64,000 bases of DNA, taken from positions 2,266,559 through 2,330,558 of the forward strand of contig OZ252042.1 of NCBI GenBank assembly GCA_965247955.1, in the 5' to 3' direction. The notes beneath the pieces are model-generated. The model did no database searches. It was not told where the DNA came from and saw only the letters and a program-made list of their open reading frames with translations. Positions 30,141 through 36,234 of this stretch are shown piece after piece. The DNA is from Vicinamibacterales bacterium. GTDB taxonomy: Bacteria > Acidobacteriota > Vicinamibacteria > Vicinamibacterales > UBA8438. Position 1 is the first letter of the stretch, and every line of letters starts with the position of its first letter. The translations under genes and the position numbers were made by a program.

Positions 30141-30593
30141 TTACAACCGACCGTGACTTACAAACCGAGCGAACTCCCCTTGCGTGAACACGTGGAGTAG
30201 TCGGTTCTTTCCGGCCTGGTTGGTCAGCCACTGCTTTGCGCCAGCGGAGTAGCCGTCCCCGTCAAGAATGATGATGGTGTCAAACTGATTCTGTGAGATC
30301 GACAGAACCTCGAACGGGTACTTCTCTTCAACGCTCCCACCTGATGCCTGCCACTTACACTGAATCACCAAACACTCAGGGTAGAGGCGTGGGTGGTAGA
30401 GAATGGCATCCACGCGCCGTTTCTTGCCGTAGATGTCTTTTCCGATCTCGCACTGGCGCGTGTAGATGGGCTGTTCCAGCTCCCGAGCTGGAAAGAACCG
30501 AACGGGCGGCACCAACAGGTACTCACGTTCGTTCAGCACGTCCGCCACGAAGTCTTCCAGCCGGCGACCAGATCGGTTTGCGCCAGTGGCCAT
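30141..30593 (-). CDS. putative small PD-(D/E)xK-type restriction endonuclease
   Basis: 150-aa ORF. Its ATG overlaps the MTase stop by 1 nt (TAATG). The core RRVDAILYHP-x9-LVIQCKWQ...GSVEEK looks like a D-x(n)-(E/Q)xK nuclease. The position immediately downstream of an MTase fits a Type II R-M pair. Confidence 0.55.
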   Translation of the reverse strand: MATGANRSGRRLEDFVADVLNEREYLLVPPVRFFPARELEQPIYTRQCEIGKDIYGKKRRVDAILYHPRLYPECLVIQCKWQASGGSVEEKYPFEVLSISQNQFDTIIILDGDGYSAGAKQWLTNQAGKNRLLHVFTQGEFARFVSHGRL

Positions 30594-31462
30594 TACCCGA
30601 CAATCAACAGTTGGGGTCCCTTGCCGCGCCCATTCCCATCGCTATTGATGCTACGCGGAGCAGAGACCGTGTGACGGGTGAAGTCTCGATACAGACGCTT
30701 GATGCTCTCCGTATCGCTATTAGACACGATGACGTGTGCTCCAGCCTTGCGCCACTGTCGACAGGAATCACGAAGGGCCTTTTGATCGTCGGCGTCAAAG
30801 CCTTCCCCAGTGTAGCCGGTGAATGTCCCAGCATAGGGTGGGTCACAGTACACGAGGTCGCCGGCCTTTGGTTCGATGCGGTCAAATGACTTGGCCGTGA
30901 ACGTGGCCTTGGCCAGCACGTCTGACACCGCCCGTAGGTTCTCAATATCACAAATCGTCGGGTTTGTATGTCGCCCAATCGGAACGTTGAACCGTCCGTG
31001 CTTGTTGACTCGATAGAGCCCGTTGAAGCACGTCTTGTTGAGATAGATGAACCGCGCGGCGAGCAGAACTGGGTCTTGTTCATCGTGCATCTTGTTGCGG
31101 ACATATAGGTAATGGCGACGGTTGTGCTTCCGTTTGTGCGCCTGCAACGCCTCAATAACTGCATCTGTCCGTGCGTGAATCATCCGATAGGCGATGATTA
31201 GCTCAAGGTTCACGTCTGACAGATGCGCTTTGCGAATGCGGCTGTCGAGCGCAAAGAACACCGCCCCGCCCCCAAGGAACGGCTCCCAATAATCTCCGAA
31301 CTTCTCTGGCAGAACCTTGATGATCTCAGGGATGAGGGACCGCTTTCCTCCCGCCCACTTCACGAACGGGTACGCCCTGGGCCGGTCAAGATACTCAACA
31401 GTCGTGTGTTTAAGAACCTTATTGAAGGCAGAAAGCGGGTCAGTCTTGGGTGCTGCCTTCAT
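30593..31462 (-). CDS. Dam-family site-specific DNA adenine (N6) methyltransferase (IS-borne)
   Basis: FVKWAGGKRSLIPEI, NKTCFNGLYRVN and the catalytic CDPPYAGTF motif. Its ATG overlaps the transposase stop (ATGA). Confidence 0.9.
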   Translation of the reverse strand: MKAAPKTDPLSAFNKVLKHTTVEYLDRPRAYPFVKWAGGKRSLIPEIIKVLPEKFGDYWEPFLGGGAVFFALDSRIRKAHLSDVNLELIIAYRMIHARTDAVIEALQAHKRKHNRRHYLYVRNKMHDEQDPVLLAARFIYLNKTCFNGLYRVNKHGRFNVPIGRHTNPTICDIENLRAVSDVLAKATFTAKSFDRIEPKAGDLVYCDPPYAGTFTGYTGEGFDADDQKALRDSCRQWRKAGAHVIVSNSDTESIKRLYRDFTRHTVSAPRSINSDGNGRGKGPQLLIVG

Positions 31463-32401
31463 GCGATGAGGTCCTTATAGCTCAGCCGTGCATCGTTTGT
31501 CAGGCCACGACCGAGCGCATCGTTAACGGTTTCTTTCTTACCGTTCAGCCGTCTGTTTTGCCGGTAGCACACGGCATTGAGGTAGAGCTGGGTGTGCTTC
31601 CGACTCCACCAGTGGTGCGTCCCAACGTAGACCCGTTTAGTCATGGCCCACACGCTCTCGATACTGTTAGTATGCGTATTCCCTCTCACATATTCACCAG
31701 CCGAGTGATTCACGCGGTCTACCGCATAGAACCCGTCTAGTGCCCCGTACGCCCTGTTGTCATCGGCGTGCACCTGGCGACCCCAGCGCCACGTACTGAA
31801 TCATCAGGGGGGTGATGTCTTTCCCCTTGGTGGACCGGACCTGAAACGCGCGGGTATCACCGCCCCGCTCCCGTATGCCGAAGGCAACCGTCTTGGTCTT
31901 TGTGCTCCGTCCTTGCGTTCCAGTCGTTCGCTTCCAGGCGTGCTTGTTTCGTTCCTTTCCACCGATGTAGGTCTCATCAACCTCGACCTGCCCGCCGAGC
32001 ATCCCGTTCGTGCCGCCTTTCGCCACGGCGTTGCGAATGCGCTGGAGCATGAACCAGGCAGTCTGTTGTGTCACGCCTAGATGCTTGGCTAACTGAGTTG
32101 AAGCGATGCCCTTGGAGTGTGTAGTTTCCAGGTAGATGGCTAGGAACCACTTAGGAAGTAGCTTGATTGGGCTGTCCCCAAAGATGGTGCCAGTAATGAG
32201 ACGAAACACGCGCTTGCAGTCGGAGCACCGGTGGCGCTGCCCATCGGCGTAATGGTAGATCTTCCCCAGGCTCCCGCAGCGTGAGCAATACGGGCCATCC
32301 TTCCACCGGATAGTCTCAAGGTGGGACAGACACGCTCGAACGGTTCCGAAGGTTCGTGTAAACTCAGGTAGAGTTATGGCTGTTTCTCTCAATCTCAACA
32401 A
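31459..32401 (-). pseudogene. IS1595-family (ISXO2-like) DDE transposase, interrupted by a 1-nt frameshift near 31760..31775
   Basis: Two ORFs, 31760..32401 and 31459..31773. The N-terminal part carries the zinc ribbon (RWKDGPYCSRCGS...HRCSDCKRVF) and VEVDETYIGG. The C-terminal part carries HADDNRAY and NSIESVWAMTKR. Removing one C in TCGCCAGGTG restores ...ALGSQVHADDNRAY. Confidence 0.85.
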
Positions 32402-32406
32402 CAGCC

Positions 32407-32435
32407 ATTATACAGAACTGATCGAGGATCGTCAA
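32407..32435 (-). promoter_or_regulatory. candidate sigma70-type promoter partly inside the IR, reading into the transposase
   Basis: On the minus strand, TTGACG (32435..32430) is followed by a 17-nt spacer and TATAAT (32412..32407). Confidence 0.45.
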
Positions 32436-32448
32436 GTAGGTAGGTCCC
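32425..32448. repeat. terminal inverted repeat (transposase-proximal)
   Basis: AGGATCGTCAAGTAGGTAGGTCCC is the exact reverse complement of 29924..29947. Confidence 0.9.
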
Positions 32449-32456
32449 AAAAATTA
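32449..32456. repeat. target-site duplication, right copy (AAAAATTA)
   Basis: Identical to 29916..29923. An 8-bp duplication is the size reported for the IS1595 family. Confidence 0.85.
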
Positions 32457-32479
32457 AGACTGTTCGAACGTTTGGCTAA

Positions 32480-33034
32480 TTAGCGTTCTTCGTTTTCCTT
32501 GTCGTTCTCGAAACTAACCCGCTCAATTAAATCATCCAGTCGATTCTCGAGCTTAACGGTCCGCCCGCTGTCCACATCGCTAGCGATAACTGGCTCGCCT
32601 TGGTTGGGGGTGACCGTCGTTGACGGGATTGCTACCGTAACCACCACTGGCTGGGTCGTTGCTTCGGGTAGGATACGTCGCGGTCGCTCCAGACTGGCTG
32701 GTTTCGGACGACTCCTACGCGTGGTGCTTGCAGGCCGGCGCCGCTTGGCTGTTGATTTTTGCTTCGACGTCGTCTTGCGAGCGGTCTTTTTCTTCGCTGA
32801 CTTAGCCGTTCTCTTGGCGGTTTTCTTCAAACCGCCATTTTTCTTAGCCCGTGGTTTGGCCATGAGCCGCGCCGAGCGGGCTCGCGCCGTCTTTCGGCGA
32901 TGTTTGATCTTACGCGGGGTTTTGGAGGCCCGTTTCTTAGCTGCGATGGGACGAGCCGAGCGCGTACGAGTCGTGTTCTTAGTCTTAATCTTTCTTGAGG
33001 ATTTGGCTCTGGATTTCCGCTTGGACTTCGCCAT
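32480..33034 (-). CDS. highly basic Lys/Arg/Ala/Thr-rich protein (histone H1-like low-complexity N-terminal region, acidic C-terminus)
   Basis: 184-aa ORF. About 110 aa consist of KKxAK/RxxAR-type repeats, followed by a Pro/Thr linker and a C-terminal ...RLDDLIERVSFENDKENEER. It is divergent from rpsA. Confidence 0.55.
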   Translation of the reverse strand: MAKSKRKSRAKSSRKIKTKNTTRTRSARPIAAKKRASKTPRKIKHRRKTARARSARLMAKPRAKKNGGLKKTAKRTAKSAKKKTARKTTSKQKSTAKRRRPASTTRRSRPKPASLERPRRILPEATTQPVVVTVAIPSTTVTPNQGEPVIASDVDSGRTVKLENRLDDLIERVSFENDKENEER

Positions 33035-33158
33035 CCAGCGTTCCTTTCGTATTTGACTGACCGTCGATAAGTATCGTACAGTCTGGTGCTTAGCGCAAAT
33101 GGATGAGCGTCTACTTGTTAACTGTGACCAGGTGAGGTCTTAGAAGGATCCGCAGAAC

Positions 33159-34952
33159 ATGACGAATACGGACGACGTAGCCAAGGTTGATTCTCCGGAG
33201 AATCGAGACAGCGGCACAGCTGTGGTGCCGGAGCTCGCGGCCGGGCAGCGAGACCCGCTGGATGTGGACCTGGCAGAAGTAGAGATTGACCCGGCCGAAT
33301 ACGCTCGTCTTCTCGACCTGTACGGGCGCAGCTTCCGAAACATTGCCGAAGGCGAGGTCGTCAAGGGAACCGTCCTTGCAGTAAGTGCTTCTGAAGTCAT
33401 CGTCGACGTTGGCTATAAGTCCGAAGGCATCATTTCCATTACAGAGTTCGTCGATGAGACCGGTGAGGTGGCGGTCCAGCCTGGCGATTCAGTTGAGGTG
33501 TTGTTGGAACGCACTGAGGATCGTGAGGGTCACATCGTTCTCTCCCGTGAAAAGGCTGAGAAGATGAAGATCTGGGACGATGTCGAACAGGCTTATGCCA
33601 GCCGTAAGGTGGTTATCGGCCGCGTCATCGAGCGGATCAAGGGTGGCCTTGCGGTCGATATCGGCGTCCGTGCATTCCTCCCAGGCTCGCAAATCGACAT
33701 CCGTCCCGTTCGTAATCTCGACTCGCTGAGGGGACGGGAGCTCCGGATGCGGGTCATCAAGGTCAATAAGAAGCGCGGCAACATCGTGCTCTCACGAAAA
33801 GTGGTTCTCGAAGAAGAGAACGTCGAGAAGAAGAAGGAAACGCTCGCGAACCTCAACGAGGGTCAGGTGATAAAGGGCGTCGTTAAGAACATCACTGACT
33901 ATGGGGCGTTTATCGATCTCGGTGGCATCGACGGCCTATTGCACGTGACCGATATGTCGTGGGGTCGTGCCCAACATCCTTCCGAGTTCTTCAAAGTTAA
34001 TGACGAGGTCGAGGTGACGGTTCTTAAGTACGATCCGGAGACCGAGCGGGTCTCGTTGGGCTATAAACAACTCCACGCCGATCCGTGGGCCGCGGCGGCT
34101 GACAAGTATCCAATTGGAGAACGGATATCGGGCAAGGTCGTGAGTCTCACAGATTTCGGTGCGTTTGTGGAGCTTGAGCCTGGGGTCGAAGGGTTAATCC
34201 ATGTTTCAGAGATGTCGTGGAGTAAGCGTGTCAAGCACCCCTCGAAGGTCCTCAACGTCGGCGACACGGTCGAGTCGTTGGTCCTCGGGGTCGATTCACA
34301 AGCACGCCGCATCTCTCTCGGCCTAAAGCAGATTGAGAGCAACCCCTGGCACCAAGTAGCGGAGAAATACCCAATAGGCTCACGCATCACCGGCCAAGTA
34401 CGCAATCTGACCGAATTTGGTGCATTTGTCGAGGTCAAAGAGGGGGTTGACGGCTTGATCCATATTTCTGACATGTCGTGGAGTAAGCGGCTTAAGCATC
34501 CGTCAGAAATCCTAAAGAAAGCGGATGAGGTCGAAGCGATGGTGCTTAATATCGACGCCGATAACCAGCGCTTATCTCTTGGGTTGAAGCAGCTAGCCAC
34601 CGGTATTTGGGACGCATTCTTTGCCGATAATAAGGTTGGGGATATTCTTGAGGGTAAGATCGTTCGCGTTACGAACTTTGGCGCATTCGTAGAGCTGGCT
34701 GAGGGGATCGAGGGATTAATCCACGTTTCGGAATTCGACGAACAGCAGGGCGGGCAGAAAGAGGAATTGAAGGTTGACGAGGTCATCAAGATGCGGATCA
34801 TCAAGTTGAGCCCGACCGAACGCAAGATTGGACTCAGCATCCGCGCGTTGAAATCAGATGACCACGCGACCGATTGGCAAGACTACGCGACGGAAGATTC
34901 GTCAGAAGTGACGCTCGGCGATCACTTTAAGCAACAGACGTCGTCCGATTGA
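33159..34952 (+). CDS. rpsA: 30S ribosomal protein S1
   Basis: 597-aa ORF with six S1 (OB-fold) repeats, each containing G.V..ItdFGAFV.l..gveGLiHiSe-type motifs. Confidence 0.95.
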   Translation: MTNTDDVAKVDSPENRDSGTAVVPELAAGQRDPLDVDLAEVEIDPAEYARLLDLYGRSFRNIAEGEVVKGTVLAVSASEVIVDVGYKSEGIISITEFVDETGEVAVQPGDSVEVLLERTEDREGHIVLSREKAEKMKIWDDVEQAYASRKVVIGRVIERIKGGLAVDIGVRAFLPGSQIDIRPVRNLDSLRGRELRMRVIKVNKKRGNIVLSRKVVLEEENVEKKKETLANLNEGQVIKGVVKNITDYGAFIDLGGIDGLLHVTDMSWGRAQHPSEFFKVNDEVEVTVLKYDPETERVSLGYKQLHADPWAAAADKYPIGERISGKVVSLTDFGAFVELEPGVEGLIHVSEMSWSKRVKHPSKVLNVGDTVESLVLGVDSQARRISLGLKQIESNPWHQVAEKYPIGSRITGQVRNLTEFGAFVEVKEGVDGLIHISDMSWSKRLKHPSEILKKADEVEAMVLNIDADNQRLSLGLKQLATGIWDAFFADNKVGDILEGKIVRVTNFGAFVELAEGIEGLIHVSEFDEQQGGQKEELKVDEVIKMRIIKLSPTERKIGLSIRALKSDDHATDWQDYATEDSSEVTLGDHFKQQTSSD

Positions 34953-34981
34953 GGAGGGGAGGTCCCGTGGCTGGAGGCAGT

Positions 34982-35323
34982 ATGACCAAGGCGGCACTTG
35001 TCGAAGAAGTTGCTCGCGTTGCCGACCTCACGAAGAAGCACTCCGAGGTCATCGTCGACACCGTCTTTCGCAGCATCATTAAGGCGCTCCACCGCGGGGA
35101 GAAGATCGAGCTTAGAGGTTTTGGCAGCTTTCGGCTACGCCGCCGGGAGCCTCGGAAGGGTCGGAACCCCAAGACAGGCGACAGAGTGGACGTGCCATCC
35201 AAGAAGGTGCCTTACTTCAAACCCGGCAAGGAGCTGAAGGAGCTCATAAACCGGGAGCCTGGACTTGAGCCAGAGGTGTCCGCTCCGGCACCAGTTTCAG
35301 ATACTGGGATTCTGCAATACTGA
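34982..35323 (+). CDS. ihfB: integration host factor beta-like protein (HU/IHF family)
   Basis: IELRGFGSFRLRRREPRKGRNPKTGDRVDVPSKKVPYFKPGKELKE. ATG at 34982 has a GGAGG RBS. cmk-rpsA-ihfB neighbourhood. Confidence 0.8.
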   Translation: MTKAALVEEVARVADLTKKHSEVIVDTVFRSIIKALHRGEKIELRGFGSFRLRRREPRKGRNPKTGDRVDVPSKKVPYFKPGKELKELINREPGLEPEVSAPAPVSDTGILQY

Positions 35324-35341
35324 TTTCTACCCTCTGTTACA

Positions 35342-35875
35342 GTGAAACGCCTTTGGGCTCCGTGGAGATTGACGTACGTGATGAGCTCGGCTGGGGGTAA
35401 AGACGAGGGCTGTATCTTTTGTCAGGCACTTTCCTCGGCCACGGCGTCCCCGCTGGTACTGTTTCACGGTAAGACGGCGTTTGTAATCCTCAATAAGTTT
35501 CCGTACAACAACGGTCACCTGATGGTGGCTCCGAAGCAGCACGTAGGCACGCTGGCTGATGCTACACCGGAGGAGCTCACAGAACTCATCAGTCTCACCC
35601 GAACGGCCGAGATGGTCCTGACCGAGGCCTACTCGCCGCACGGCATGAACATCGGGATGAACCTAGGCCGGACTGCCGGTGCGGGAGTCCTCGGCCACCT
35701 CCACATGCATCTGGTGCCACGTTGGGAAGGCGACACTAACTTCATGGGGGTGGTTGGGGAAACTCGTGTCGTGCCGGAGATGCCAGATCAGACGGTCCAG
35801 CGCCTCGCGCCTATCTTCGAGAAACTTGTGACCGCCGACGCGAAGGTGATGGTCAGTGCCCCTGTATCCTCGTAG
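35342..35875 (+). CDS. HIT-family protein (histidine triad nucleotide hydrolase/transferase)
   Basis: HLHMHLVPRWEGDTNFM histidine-triad motif. GTG start. Confidence 0.8.
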   Translation: MKRLWAPWRLTYVMSSAGGKDEGCIFCQALSSATASPLVLFHGKTAFVILNKFPYNNGHLMVAPKQHVGTLADATPEELTELISLTRTAEMVLTEAYSPHGMNIGMNLGRTAGAGVLGHLHMHLVPRWEGDTNFMGVVGETRVVPEMPDQTVQRLAPIFEKLVTADAKVMVSAPVSS

Positions 35876-35879
35876 AGTA

Positions 35880-36169
35880 GGTCATTACCCTGCAGAATCT
35901 GCTTTGCGATCGTCTGAAGTTGCATGTTAGACGTGCCCTCGTATAGAAGTGTGCGCCAGCGCCACCGTAGTTTTCCGGAGTATCGATACCCATAATTCCC
36001 AGCGCGAATAGTTGATCAATGAGCGGGCGCGGGATTTCACCCTATGCGTCCATTTCCTTAACGCGTGGTATCAGTTCGGCCTCGGTGAAGGCCAGAACAT
36101 TGGCGCGAAAAGTTACTCGTCTTCGGTCAGACGCGTGAGAGGGGTTGGCAGGGCGGAAACATCAGACAT
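35880..36169 (-). pseudogene. acyl-CoA dehydrogenase relic (N-terminal ~70 codons fused to the C-terminal tail)
   Basis: Minus-strand translation: MSDVSALPTPLTRLTEDE-TAA(36115..36113)-frameshift-TFRANVLAFTEAELIPRVKEMDA-TAG(36044..36042)-GEIPRPLIDQLFALGIMGIDTPENYGGAGAHF. It then jumps frame to LYEGTSNMQLQTIAKQILQGN, the ACAD C-terminal motif. The ~300-codon catalytic core is missing. Confidence 0.7.
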
Positions 36170-36234
36170 CGTCGATTCTTCTGATTGGTGCGATGATATC
36201 ATTGAGAAAGTCGCCTTCAGACAGCGAGACATGT

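Larger units (their letters stand above)
29924..32448 (-). mobile_element. IS1595-family insertion element carrying passenger genes (transposase, Dam MTase, small nuclease, orf63)
   Basis: Perfect 24-bp terminal inverted repeats and 8-bp direct flanking repeats. It encodes an IS1595/ISXO2-like DDE transposase with an N-terminal zinc ribbon. All four ORFs are co-oriented and overlap or abut each other. Confidence 0.85.

Noticed and set aside
29909-32470. The reconstructed pre-insertion site (GTTTGAA-AAAATTAAGACTG-TTCGAAC) as a terminator hairpin targeted by the IS.
   Set aside because: The stem is only 7 bp, is AT-rich, includes a G-U pair and has a 13-nt loop. That is too weak to claim a terminator or structure-specific targeting.
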